Shown here in pieces: positions 22,821 through 36,200 of a stretch of 64,000 nucleotides of DNA. A program made the position numbers and the translations under genes. Under the pieces are notes generated by a model. It had not been told where the DNA came from, made no database searches, and saw nothing but the letters and a program-made list of their open reading frames with translations. Each line of letters opens with the position of its first letter. The stretch's first letter is position 1. Source of the DNA: Macrostomum lignano (Eukaryota); contig NIVC01003085.1 in the NCBI GenBank assembly GCA_002269645.1, positions 1 through 64,000 of the forward strand, read 5' to 3'.

Positions 22821-23407
22821 TGGCATGGAATGGGGACGTCATTGATGAGACGGAGATAATGAATAGGATGGGATTACAGGAATAGATGTAAGTTGGATGA
22901 ACTGCTCAAATAAGATGAGTCTTGCTTGCTACAATGTGAGCTACAGGCATCTCTGAATCCACCGAGTAACGTTTACGCGACACCATTGTTTAAGCTGTAG
23001 AAAGTAAGATTTGGAATACTAAAATGAGAAGGCAGAGCCGATAAAAAGGCTGACTGGCTGGCAAGTTGTGCTTCACAAAGACGCTCATAGCGTAAGAGTA
23101 CACTTACTAGGCTACAGCAGTTTAGAATTGAAACGGGAAGCCGGCAGGATAAATTCGCCTATAAAATTTTAAAATGAATGCAACAACAATAGTAAATTGA
23201 GCTTTTGTATGCAGGTAGGCATAATATAATAGCATAGTATAACACTGATTTTCGAAAAATAGGATCGGATAATACACAAAAAATTATTCTAAAATTGGCT
23301 TAATAAAAAAACGAAACGAAACCGGTAGACGTGAAGAATGAGTTGAAAAGCAGGTATGTAAAGCGTAATTAAGAAGTGTTTCAACTGTGGCACAGAGCAA
23401 AGCTGGT

Positions 23408-24382
23408 TCAGCGACTGGGAGCCTCTTTGGCCAAGGAGGACAGAAATCCCAGCAGCTGGCGGTGGCTGTCGCCCCTGCTAGCCCGGACCAGATCTCTGTG
23501 CAGCAGCCTGTTAGTGCGGGCCAGCTCCCACAGCCGCTGGCCGTGCTGCTCTGGCGACACGGCCTGTTGAAACCGGCGATTATTGCAGTACATCTGCCAC
23601 TGCGGCCGCTGGTGCTGCCGATGCTGGTAAGAGTTGACGAACTCCTGTCTGCGAACAAATTGCTGCTGCTGGAAGCAACCACGCTGTGGCTGATGGTGGA
23701 ACTGCTGCTTCTGGCGATTGTAATAATTATAAGCACCACCGGGTGCATAGCCATAGCCGGGACACCTGGAGTTGCCGGCAAAGCTGCTGCCGAAGCAGTG
23801 CGTCAGATTTGTACGACGGTTGGCGCCGATGCCACCTCGCCCGCCGCGACAACCAGGCCCGGCGTAGCTCGGTTTGTCAGCACCAGAGTCCGAAGCCTCC
23901 ACCGCTGCCTCTGCGTTCACCTCAGCCGGCTCCGCTGGAAATTCTGTTGATGTTTCTTCTGGCCGCTCAACAAAAGTCTCATCAGCCTGCAGCTGCTCAT
24001 TGGCTGGCTCGGCCTCCGTTTCAACTGCAGCTTTGAACTCTTCTTTTACAGACTTCTGGTCCGCTTTCTCGGCTGATTTCCGGTCCAAACTTCCGGCCGC
24101 TGAACGCGACATCGAGCCGACAGTCTGCGGCGGCCGATTCTCGATGAACTCCAGCAGCCGCTCGATCTCGTCTGCCCCGCGGTGGCCGGCCACCTGGTTG
24201 GCTGGGAAGGACCGCCTGACCCCAGCCTCCTTCTTCTCTTTGCGCCGCTTTGCATAGCTAACCGTATTGTTGTTGGCGTCGAATAGTAGCGTCTTGGTTG
24301 GAATGCTAGAGATCACCAGCTTGAGAAATGAGCCGTCCTGCTGCAGATCGCAAGAAGAGCCGCTGGCCGCTTTGTTTGCCAT
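23408..24382 (-). CDS. Uncharacterised 324-aa single-exon protein (GHRGADEIERLLEFIE motif, acidic middle, Q/N-rich region)
   Basis: Long non-repetitive ORF in GC-rich coding-like sequence; ATG in context GACCATGG; possible upstream acceptor ctaccag. Confidence 0.7.
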   Translation of the reverse strand: MANKAASGSSCDLQQDGSFLKLVISSIPTKTLLFDANNNTVSYAKRRKEKKEAGVRRSFPANQVAGHRGADEIERLLEFIENRPPQTVGSMSRSAAGSLDRKSAEKADQKSVKEEFKAAVETEAEPANEQLQADETFVERPEETSTEFPAEPAEVNAEAAVEASDSGADKPSYAGPGCRGGRGGIGANRRTNLTHCFGSSFAGNSRCPGYGYAPGGAYNYYNRQKQQFHHQPQRGCFQQQQFVRRQEFVNSYQHRQHQRPQWQMYCNNRRFQQAVSPEQHGQRLWELARTNRLLHRDLVRASRGDSHRQLLGFLSSLAKEAPSR

Positions 24383-25679
24383 GGTCCAATATTATAGCTG
24401 GTAGCGAAAGTTGAAACCGAAATGCTGAAGAATTTTCATTTTGACCTTTGACATTCATTATAGGCGTAGCACAAGGAATAAGGTTTATTTCATAGAAATC
24501 ATTGTACTTTTTTACCTACAATAGCCTAGGATTCTAAGAGCATTTGTGCATTTCTCCTAGCATACCCAGAACACAGTGAAGAATTTTTATGGCTTCTAGT
24601 GATTAATAGTATTACATGGACATGTATGCAAAATACTCGTATATATGCAACCAAAGATAAATTAAACAAAAAGTATAAATAAACTTTATCTTTAAAAACT
24701 AGTAAATATTTATTACTAGTCAAAACAAAGACAAACTTGTATTTTTTATTACTTGAAATTTAATATAGGCCTAGGCTAGGCTATATATGCCTAGGCTATG
24801 ACCTTAAAAAGAAATTATATATATTCAAGATTATAATAGTCAAGATTATTCCCTGTGTATACTAGATTAAAAAATAATTATTTTCTGGTTTGTATACTAG
24901 AAATCTAAATCTAAAATCTGCTAAAAGTTTTTAATTTTTATGTACTTTGATTAACCTTTATTCATATCTAACCTAATCTATACAAGTTAATATTGTGTGT
25001 TTAACATTTTTTACTTGTAAGTTGAATCTCAAAAAAATTTCAATTATATTTAAGCATATAATTTTTGTCTCCATTTGTTTGTGCATTGACAGTCTTATGA
25101 CCCAAAAAGATGTATCTATTCAATTTATTAAATCCATATACTAAAAATGGTCTGTTTGTGTGTGCGTGTGTGTGTGATCGATTTTAGCAAAAACGGCTGA
25201 ACCGATTTTTTTCGAACTTGCACTGTTCGAGCAGAAATTTTTCCGTGACGGTACATGCATCTTGGCTAAGAAATTGCTCAATATTAAAGGGATTAAATAT
25301 TCGAAAAACATGCTTTTTTTGCAAAGGTCAAGCAGCTCTTTCGACTTGAAATGCATTGTAAGAATGCTAGCAGAAAAACTGACTGGTTGAATTCTGATTC
25401 TGAAATAGATTGCATCATCACAATAGGCTTTTTATTTATCGTCTGTGTACTGGCTGAATTTGACACTCAATTGAATTGCGTCACAGCTTTGAGTGTGAAA
25501 GCATAGCGCAGTACTGAATTTATATTACGTAACCATATTGTAAACTTTCATAGACACTGGTACTGACTTGCCTAAGAAATTGATTATGTCATAACTGCTT
25601 CGTGAGACTTTTTACTCTACCTGACTTGGTGTGAGTGTTGAATTATATAAGTGGTACAATATCACTGATAACTTCGATG

Positions 25680-25740
25680 AGAGCTAGCCTAGAGCTGAAC
25701 AGACCAGACTGCTAATGCAGCGACCTAGGTTCGAATCTAA
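25680..25740 (+). pseudogene. Degenerate tRNA/SINE-head fragment inside the Helitron
   Basis: A-box-like TAGCCTAGAGCTG, loop CTGCTAA, B-box GGTTCGAATC; acceptor stem not intact. Confidence 0.45.
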
Positions 25741-25811
25741 GTAGTTTAAAAGTAGTAGTGTAAAATTTTTTATAAAAAGGTTTTATTAAAGGACTAAATA
25801 AAAACACTTAG

Positions 25812-26690
25812 ATTACTGCACTCGATAAGCCAAGGATTATTGCTACTAATAAACCAAGGACTACTGCACTCGATAAACCAAGGACTATTGCTATTAATAA
25901 ACCAAGGATTACTGCACTCAAGAAGCCAAGGATTATTGCTATTAATAAACCAAGGATTACTGCACTTGGAAAACCAAGGATTACTGCACTTGATAAACCA
26001 AGGATTATTGCACTTGATAAGCCATGGATTACTGCGCTAGATAAACCAAGGATTATTGCACTTGATAAACCAAGGATTATTGCACTTAATAAACCAAGGA
26101 TTATTGCACTTGATAAACCAAGGATTATTGCTCTTGGCAAACCAAGGATTACTGCACTTGATAAACCAAGGATTATTGCACTTGATAAGCCATGGATTAC
26201 TGCGCTAGATAAACCAAGGATTATTGCACTTGATAAACCAAGGATTATTGCACTTAATAAACCAAGGATTATTGCACTTGATAAACCAAGGATTATTGCA
26301 CTTGGTAAGCCAAGGATTATTGCACTTGATAAGCCAAGGATTACTGCACTTGATAAGCCAAGGATTATTGCACTTGATAGGCCAAGGATTATTGCACTTG
26401 ATAAACCAAGGATTATTGCACTTGATAAGCCAAGGATTATTGCACTTGATAAGCCAAGGATTATTGCACTTGATAGGCCAAGGATTATTGCACTTGATAA
26501 ACCAAGGATTATTGCACCTGATAAGCCAAGGATTACTGCGCTAGATAAACCAAGGATTATTGCACTCGATAAACCAAGGATTATTGCACTTAATAAACCA
26601 AGGATTATTGCACTTGATAAACCAAGGATTATTGCACTTGATTAATCAAGGATTATTGCTATTAATAAACCAAGGATTATTGCACTAGCT
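25812..26690. repeat. Minisatellite, 24 bp unit AAACCAAGGATTATTGCACTTGAT (inside the Helitron)
   Basis: Read directly. Confidence 0.97.
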
Positions 26691-26899
26691 GAGAAGCTGA
26701 TTACTGCGCTGTCTAAAAAAGAGATTATTGCGCTCGCTGAGACGTGGATTGTTGCACAACCTGAGAAAGTGATTATTGCATTAGCGGAAGTAACATTTGC
26801 ACTAGCTACTTGCTGTCTCGTGGATGCTTGCTCTCGAGGGGGATACTTGCTATTTGGGAGAGGGGGTACTGGCTACATGCATGGGATTCTTTCTATCCA

Positions 26900-27170
26900 G
26901 GGATGCTTGCTATTTAGGGATTCTTGCTATCTGCAGGATGCTTGCTATCTGGGTGGATGCTTCTATAATATCTGGGGGGTGCTTGCTATCTGCAGGATGC
27001 TTCTATAATATCTGGGGGGTGCTTGCTATCTGCAGAATGCTTGCTATCTGGGTGGATGCTTGCTATCTGGGTGGATGCTTCTATAATATCTGGGGGGTGC
27101 TTGCTAATCTGCAGATGCTTGCTATCTGTGGTGATTCTTGCTATAAGCATTAGAGGATGCTTGCTATCTG
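26900..27170. repeat. GGATGCTTGCTATC satellite (reverse orientation of 6450-7232)
   Basis: Read directly. Confidence 0.9.
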
Positions 27171-28399
27171 CGATTGTTCACTTTTGGAGGGGGTTGCTTG
27201 CTGTCTTGGGAATATTTTCTATTTAGGGAAACAATATTTTGTTGACTGTTTGTTAACTTTAGAGAAAAAGTGATTTTTTAATTTTGCAAACATCTTAGTC
27301 CGTGACAATTTTACACGAATAAGGTGATTTTTAAAATGTGAAGAAGGAATTAGTGTTTAAGAAAATGTGTTTTTTTATTGTTTTCCATGAACTATTTTTG
27401 CTCCTTTCTTATTGGGCGCCCCGAAGGGGGGTCGCACTAGATTGCTAGTGTTAAGCTAAAAGTCTTTTTTGTACATATTACATGCAGCATTTTTATATAT
27501 TTGCTACATGCTTCAATGAATTAACAATTAAAATTTAACTTGTATTAGATAATAAAAGATACTCATTTTTCTATTAACAAACTGAATACATATGGCAATG
27601 CCTTAGTTTTCAACATTGGAATGAACAGCTATTTATAGCCTTTAGATATGCTATACAATAAGTGCAAATAAGCTTTTGGTTCAATATCTGCTTATAAGGT
27701 AGGTGTAATAATTTATTAGTTATAAGATACAGACATAGTTTCAAATAACTTATATTATATTGCCTTGCAGATGTATTAAGTTTTTATATATAATTTTAGA
27801 TTGGCAATTAGGGAATACAAAATCTTAAGTTCTGCCAATCTTGGGATTTTTAGGATTGGGATATCCCAGACTTTGAAAATCCTAAGATTATTGGGATCAG
27901 GATATCCCAGACTTTTCCTATCCCAGGATCTCAACAAATTGGGCTGGGATCATAGGATTGAGAAAGTGTCTAATTTTTGTTGGTGCAATTTTGGCTTATG
28001 AAGCCATCTAATCTGATTTCAAATGGCTTTTAAGCATATAAATAGAACAGAATAAAATATTTTGCAAACAAGAAACTGATAGTGAGCTCTAAATTAGTGT
28101 GATATATAGACTAGCATATAGACAAGCTTTTTTATATGCCAGTATTAGCTCAGGAAAATCACACCTGGTTGTGATATAACTTGGGGAATGATAGCTTAGA
28201 CCTATGGCATGAGATACTAATAACAAGATAGGAGATCAGACCTCACACTCCTAGGGGCACCCACCCTAGATGGAGAATTGGTAGCTTTGGTTATAGTCTA
28301 ATAGCAAGGTTTAACAAATTGGTTGAAATATATTTTGTGACAAAGTTGTATAATATCTATGTAAAAAATGTATATTCACAATAATGGCAAAAACACACT

Positions 28400-29258
28400 T
28401 AACATAGCACATTGAAAAATTCAATTTGGATGCATAGCATAGGACTTGGTTGAGATTGTGTAACTATACTGTTAACTTTAATAGAGACTGGTACTAACTA
28501 GAATACCTAAAAAATTGATTATGTCATAACTGCTTTGTGTTCTTTAAACTCTAACTGACTTAGTATAGATATTGAATTATAAATGATATAAATTTTATTT
28601 TTATCCAATAAGAGGTAGCCTAGATATAAACAGGCTGATTTGCTAATGTAGCAAATTGAAGTCAAATCTTAGTTATGTATTTTTTATAAAAAGCTTTTAA
28701 CACAGAGCATTATCATATAAAGGAAGCACCATGTAAAGCATAAAAGAAGCTAAAATATTACTACACTGGCTGAAAAAAAAGATTATTGCATTAGCTGAGA
28801 CATGGATTATTGCACTAGTAGAAAAAAGGATTTATTGCACTAGCTAAGAAAAGGATTATTGCTTTTAATAAGAAAACACTATTATACTATTTGAAGAAAT
28901 TGCTATATTCACTTTTTTCTAGGGGGATTCTTGCTATATAGGGGATAGGCTAAAGATGCTTGCAATCTAAGTGGGGATGCTTTTTATTAGGGAGGATACT
29001 TGCTATCTGGGAGAAATGCTAAGATGCTGAGGCTTATAGAGGATTGCTAAAATTTCCAGGCTTACTAGGGAATCTTTGAGATTTCAAGGATTAATAGGCC
29101 TTAAGAGAATTGCTAAGGCTTTGAGACCTATTAGAGGAATTGCTATTACTAAGTCAAGGCTTTTTAGAATGGTTTAAATATCAAAGCAAATAGGATTTTC
29201 TATATATTTTTGTCTTTTGCTTATTGGATATCTTATTATAGGGGGATAACATTGCTAG
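28400..29258 (+). mobile_element. Old, transition-decayed copy of the same Helitron family, ending ATTGCTAG; a second Helitron-like 5' end (TCTATATACTAA) starts at 29259
   Basis: Collinear similarity to 25500-27448 (AAATTGATTATGTCATAACTGCTT, GATTATTGCAC units, CTTATTGG..GGGGG..ATTGCTAG). Confidence 0.65.
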
Positions 29259-32104
29259 TCTATATACTAATTTTGTGTTGTTTGTCTATTTGTCTTTCTA
29301 TTTGTCTATCTATCTTTAATTTTTTAGAATTTTCTGGCCAATTTTTATGAAGTTTTATGATCTTTTGCAATTCTCATTGTAGGCTTGCAATTTAATTGTG
29401 GCATTGATCAATATTATCATTTACCAACTAGTCTAAGATGATCAATAAAAGAGTAGAGGTTATAAAGCTAGCTTAAAATTTATCAACCCTTAAACTGTTT
29501 CAATCTTGTTTGTATTATCTTATGACATACATAGGGCCTAGAGAAAGTAGGCCTAGTGTAGTTGCAGATAGGCCCCCCTAAAGACAAACAATTATTAATT
29601 TTTTAGAGCCATTTCAATGAAAATATAATATAGTTTAGGCCTACTACTATTGCAATGAAAGCCAGAAAAATAGACCTAGGCCTACTTTTAAAAGTTTTTT
29701 TCCTTTTTTAAGACAAAACATTTTGGCAATCTTGCAGTTTGTTTTACATAATTATTTTAAATTTATTTAAACTTCTACAAATTATTATTGGCACATTAGA
29801 TTGACTTAATTACACAAAAGAAACTGCAGGATTGCCACATTTTTCTCCTCTTTTTAGTGTGTTCTTGCCTAAAATTTTATATAATTTTATTCCAAAGTTT
29901 ATTGCAAAAATCTATTTAGGGCTAGTTTGAGTTTTCACTAAATTTGCTTTCTATATATATACTAGCAAATCATGAGACCCTTACTGAAGTCCTTACTAAT
30001 GCTAGGCCTAAATCCGTCTAGACTAGATTGGGATCTATAGGACTAATAAAAAAGAAAGTTTGATATAAAATGGCATTCAATTAAGTTTTTATTTTACTTT
30101 AAATTTGAATAACATATATAGGCCTACCTTATCCTTAGTTACTACTCCTTTGGAGGATCTCCTCTTCACTATATAATGGATGGTAGGTCTTTATTATTGA
30201 CAATACTGTTATACATACAAAAAATTAATTCAGAGTTTAGACTTAGGGCCTAGGCCTATGCCACATTGTCAATTGACATTGTTATTAGGCCCTACATCAT
30301 TAGGCCTATTTAACCTAGCTCTATAATAATGTAACGTTTTAATGACTAAAAACAATACAGTACAGTAGTATACAATAGGTGGCACTGCCGCAGGCTTCGA
30401 CCAAGGCCCTAGCTGTGTATCCGCCATAAACTACAAATAGATTGTAAGACTGTCGAATATGATGACATGACACAACAAATGAATGAATGATGTATTTTGA
30501 ATGCTTGTTAACAATGTATAACGATAGGTTTGCGCGACTTAAAGTAATGATGCAATAACACTAGGCTAGCAAAGTAAAAATTCTTTTTTGCTATTAAAAA
30601 TGGCCTGTACAAGACGACATGCTTCGATTGATCCCGCTGCGGCCCACCGGCGCTAAGACCTAAGACCGCGGCGTCGGCTACTGATCTAATTATCTTTTTT
30701 GTACAAACAATTGCCTAAAGATTTCTTTAATCAACCTACATTTATGCAATAAAACAAACCTATATACAAAAAACAATTGTTTTTACTCTTTGCTACAGAT
30801 TTAATTACCTATTTATAGTTTCATTAAAATAACCTACTTTAATTTTAAAAACCTAACATAAAACCCTTTAGTTTAAGCTATTCTAAGAAAATTGGCTGAA
30901 TGTCAGGACTCAGGAGTTAAGCAGACTTTTTACCTCATGGACCAGCTTCAGCTAGATAAAGAATCTAGCTCATGGCTGCGGGTCAGATGAGAGGGGAAAG
31001 GAGAGGGAATAGAAGAGTCAAATGAAAATGCATGCCCTGATTAGGGTTCATCTTTGGTATCCAAAAATTAAATCTTGAACTCTTGAGAATAAGATTTTAA
31101 CTTCCCGTTACGTCTGAAATGTTTATTCACAATGCAGTTTCTTGCATTGATTTTTTTGTGGTATCGATTCGTAAAAATATTTGGTAAAATATCATATATA
31201 AAAATCAGCAACCCTGCTTTTATACTTGACTCAGGTACAGGAATGAATTTCAGGTAGCTGCAGGGGGTCCGGGCATCGATGCAGCGATCGGAGGCGCGTT
31301 ACATTGCCGCCAATTTGTACGATGTTGATAACAATAAGGATAATAATTAAAAAGAATAAAAAGAATAATAAAAAAGTTAGAAACGAAGAATTGGGGTCTA
31401 TGACATTTGCTAGCAGGTAATCTGCTAGCCGAAGTTTGCTAGCCGAAATCTGCTAGCCGAGGTTTGCTAGCCGAAATCTGCTAGCTGAAGTTTGCCAGCA
31501 GGAATTTTGCTAGCGAGGATTTAGCTAGCCGAAATCTGCTATCGAGAATCCAACCAAAACCGGCAAGCAGCAATTTGGCTAGCCGAACTCAGGAAGTTGT
31601 AATTATAGCTATAGAGACAATTTTGCTTGTCCAATTTCCCAAGAATTTCACTAAATCCTCTATAGCGTCGCTCCACTTTTACCAATCCTCTTCAAATTGG
31701 ACACAATCAATTTTCAACTATTTTGACACAATCGTATAAAGTTTAGAGTCTCGAAGTTAATTCTGAACGGAACTGTGTACTTTTAAAGTTAGTCTGCTTT
31801 TCGTCAGCGAGACAGCCAGCCCAAACTCCGCCTCTCTCTCCTTCCTGGCCACTGGACAGATGTGTGTGAAAGGCCGTTTAAAATTAACTAACTTTCATGC
31901 AGCTGGCATTAAGTTTGCTCCACGTACAGCGATTGACTTCAAACTTGATACAATTCTTCATTGACTCATTTTCTAGCTAAATATACATGTAGTCTCAACT
32001 TTGTACCTCAATATCAGGACAGAAACTGTAGGCAAGTGAAGTTTGTCTGCTTTTTCTGTTGTGCCTCTCATCGGACTCATCCAGCTCATTCCATCACACA
32101 GCAG

Positions 32105-32840
32105 GTGGGTGCCCCTGTCTCTTGGTGGGCGCCCCCTGCCTCTTGGTGGGCGCCCCTGTCTATTGGTGGGCGCCCCTGTCTCTTGGTGGGCGCCCCTGTC
32201 TCTTGGTGGGCGCCCCCGTCTCTTGGTAGGCGCCACTGTCTCTTGGTAGGCGCCACTGTCTCTTGGTAGGCGCCCCTGTCTCTTGGTAGGCGCCCCTGTC
32301 TCTTGGTGGGCGCCCCTGTCTATTGGTGGGCGCCCCTGTCTCTTGGTGGGCGCTCCTGTCTCTTGGTGGGCGCCCCCGTCTCTTGGTGGGCGCTCCTGTC
32401 TCTTGGTGGGCGCTCCTGTCTCTTGGTGGGCGCCCCTGTCTCTTTGTGGGCGCCCCTGTCTCTTGGTGGGCGCCACTGTCTCTTGGTGTTCGCCCCTGCC
32501 TCTTGGTAGGCGCCCCTGTCTCTTGGTGGGCGCCCCTGTCTCTTGGTAGGCGCCCCTGTCTCTTGGTGTTCGCCCCTGCCTCTTGGTAGGCGCCCCTGCC
32601 TCTTGGTAGGCGCCCCTGTCTCTTGGTAGGCGCCACTGTCTCTTGGTAGGCGCCCCCTGTCTCTTGGTGGGCGCCCCTGTCTCTTGGTAGGCGCCCCTGT
32701 CTCTTGGTAGGCGACCCTATCTCTTGGTGGGCGCCCCTGTCTCTTGGTAGGCGCCCCTGTCTCTTGGTGGGCGCCCCTGTCTCTTGGTGGGCGCCCCTGT
32801 CTCTTGGTGGGCGCCCCTGTCTTATGGTGGGCGCCCCTGT
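32105..32840. repeat. Minisatellite, 20 bp unit TGTCTCTTGGTGGGCGCCCC
   Basis: Read directly. Confidence 0.97.
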
Positions 32841-33250
32841 GCTTGCGCCGCCGCGCTCACTAGAACACTAGAACCTGGTTGTTCTGGTTGTTCCACTCTA
32901 GATTCCAAGCTAGAACTGCTAAACGATCAGCAGAGTAGAAGAGCTGAGTCATGATTGGCTGTCCAATTCCTTTCATAGAAAACTGCCGCAGGCGTGCAGA
33001 AACAAGTGCGGGCATGTGGGCGGAATTGATGCAGCCGGCTCAATAATCAAGTAAAAATGCAGCCGCTCATTCCTCGCTCATGATCTGGCCCATGGCAACC
33101 GGTCCATCTGCATTGTCTTGTCTCGTTTTATGCCGAAGCAAATTTTAATTTGGAAATTTCTCTCTCAGCTCTTTTCGTTACCCACCTGCTGCATGCTTTT
33201 TACTATAGGAAACAATTCTTTTGTTGTTTGTTTTGTAAAAAGCTGCAATC

Positions 33251-36200
33251 ATGTCGACATCGACGCCGTCACCCACTCCGAGCACTTCGCTGACCATGCG
33301 GCAGATCCAGCAGGCCACTCAGTGAGTGCCGGTCTTTTTGCGAACACTGTGCAATGCACCTGTGCCATTTCCATTTCTTGTTGCTATGCTGTTTTTTTAC
33401 GCTCCGTAGCTGCTCAAATACCAATGTGCTGCTCACACACCAGTGTAGCTGCTCACACACCAGTGTAGCTGCTCACACACCACTGTAGCTGCTCACACAG
33501 CAGTGTAGCTGCTCACACACCAGTGTAGCTGCTCACACACCACTGTAGCTGCTCACACACCACTGTAGCTGCTCACACACCACTGTAGCTGCTCACACAC
33601 CAGTGTAGCTGCTCACACACCACTGTAGCTGCTCACACACCACTGTAGCTGCTCACACACCAGTGTAGCTGCTCACACACCACTGTAGCTGCTCACACAC
33701 CACTGTAGCTGTTCACACACCAGTGTAGCTGCTCACACAGCAGTGTAGCTGCTCACACACCAGTGTAGCTGCTCACACACCAGTGTAGCTGCTCACACAC
33801 CAGTGTAGCTGCTCACACAGCAGTGTAGCTGCTCACACAGCAGTGTAGCTGCTCACACACCACTGTAGCTGCTCACACACCACTGTAGCTGCTCACACAC
33901 CACTGTAGCTGCTCACACACTCCCCAATGTAGCTGCTCACACACCAGTGTAGCTGCTCACACACCACTGTAGCTGCTCACACACCACTGTAGCTGCTCAC
34001 ACACCAGTGTAGCTGCTCACACACCAGTGTAGCTGCTCACACACCAGTGTAGCTGCTCACACACCAGTTTAGCTACTCACACACCAGTGTAGCTGCTCAC
34101 ACACCAATGTAGCTACTCACACACCAGTGTAGCTGCTCACACACCAGTGTAGCTGCTCACACACCACTGTAGCTGCTCACACACCAGTGTAGCTGCTCAC
34201 ACACCAGTGTAGCTGCTCACACACCACTGTAGCTGCTCACACACCACTGTAGCTGCTCACACACCACTGTAGCTGCTCACACACTCCCCAATGTAGCTGC
34301 TCACACACCAGTGTAGCTGCTCACACACCAGTGTAGCTGCTCACACACCACTGTAGCTGCTCACACACCAGTGTAGCTGCTCACACACCAGTGTAGCTGC
34401 TCACACACCAGTTTAGCTACTCACACACCAGTGTAGCTGCTCACACACCAATGTAGCTACTCACACACCAGTGTAGCTGCTCACACACCAGTGTAGCTGC
34501 TCACACACCACTGTAGCTGCTCACACACCAGTGTAGCTGCTCACACACCAGTGTAGCTGCTCACACACCACTGTAGCTGCTCACACACTCCCCAATGTAG
34601 CTGCTCACACAGCAGTGTAGCTGCTCACACACCAGTGTAGCTGCTCACACACCACTGTAGCTGCTCACACACCAGTGTAGCTGCTCACACACCACTGTAG
34701 CTGCTCACACACCACTGTAGCTGCTCACACACCAGTGTAGCTGCTCACACACCAGTGTAGCTGCTCACACAGCAGTGTAGCTGCTCACACACCAGTTTAG
34801 CTACTCACACACCAGTGTAGCTGCTCACACACCAATGTAGCTACTCACACACCAGTGTAGCTGCTCACACACCAGTGTAGCTGCTCACACACCACTGTAG
34901 CTGCTCACACACCAGTGTAGCTGCTCACACACCAGTGTAGCTGCTCACACACCACTGTAGCTGCTCACACACCACTGTAGCTGCTCACACACCACTGTAG
35001 CTGCTCACACACTCCCCAATGTAGCTGCTCACACACCAGTGTAGCTGCTCACACACCACTGTAGCTGCTCACACACCACTGTAGCTGCTCACACACCAGT
35101 GTAGCTGCTCACACACCAGTGTAGCTGCTCACACACCAGTTTAGCTACTCACACACCAGTGTAGCTGCTCACACACCAATGTAGCTACTCACACACCAGT
35201 GTAGCTGCTCACACACCAGTGTAGCTGCTCACACACCACTGTAGCTGCTCACACACCAGTGTAGCTGCTCACACACCAGTGTAGCTGCTCACACACCACT
35301 GTAGCTGCTCACACACTCCCCAATGTAGCTGCTCACACAGCAGTGTAGCTGCTCACACACCACTGTAGCTGCTCACACACCACTGTAGCTGCTCACACAC
35401 CAGTGTAGCTGCTCACACACCAGTGTAGCTGCTCACACCTGTGCCATTGCAGTATTGTATATATTATAAAAGTATTTCTATATGTTGAAATTTTGAGCAA
35501 ATGTCGAAACCATTGAGAAGACTATTTTCTTTTGAGACTGATTCACAATGGGGGGCTCAGACTCATGTCAGATTGTATTATCTTTTGGCCTACAAAATGT
35601 ACATCAGACAAAGAGAATACATTTTTCCTGAGCATATGGTTCCGACAGTTGAATATGCTCTCTTTGCTTCACATTTTTTGCACACGCGAAGGCTCAGTTC
35701 CGCCGTTTGCAGCTATGAATAAACGAGGCTGAGAAGGACAATAGAAATTGAATACAGAATGCAGGACTACACAGGTAGCTGCGTATCAGGAACATTGACA
35801 TGGAGGTTGTAGAGAGACAAGGTGGAGTTCAACAGGAAGAGATTGGGAGTGAATGAGAAAATGAGAATAGAGATAAGGGAGCTGAGGTATGAAGAAGAGA
35901 GGTGGAAATGAGAATAGAGACAATTAGGGAGATCAGATATGGAGAAGAGAGATGAAGATGAGAATATGCATAAGGGGAATGAGATATGGAGATGAGAGAT
36001 AGATGGAAATGAGAATAGAGATAAGGGAGTCGTGATATGGAGAAGAGAGATGGAACTGAGAATAGATATAAGTGAGCTGAGAAATGGAGAAGAGAAATGA
36101 AGATGAGAGTAGAGATTAGAGGAATGAGATAGGAGATAAATATGTAAAGAAGAGTAGAGATAAGGGGAATGAGATAGGAGATAAATATGTAAAGAAGAGT

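Larger units (their letters stand above)
25133..27448 (+). mobile_element. Complete non-autonomous Helitron (~2.3 kb)
   Basis: A|TC 5' end (AA|TCCATATACTAAAAATGG), a GT microsatellite and the AACGGCTGAACCGATTT core recalled from Lep1-like Helitrons. The 3' end has hairpin GCGCCCCGAAGGGGGGTCGC, then CTAG|T. It sits at an A|T site with no TSD. Confidence 0.8.

Noticed and set aside
25680-25740. Functional tRNA gene (also 49451-49513)
   Set aside because: Cloverleaf incomplete; kept only as pseudogene or SINE-head calls.
33425-35440. CRISPR-like array (short, partly palindromic repeat)
   Set aside because: Units are contiguous with no unique spacers, there are no cas genes, and the context is eukaryotic. 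The same applies to all other arrays here.
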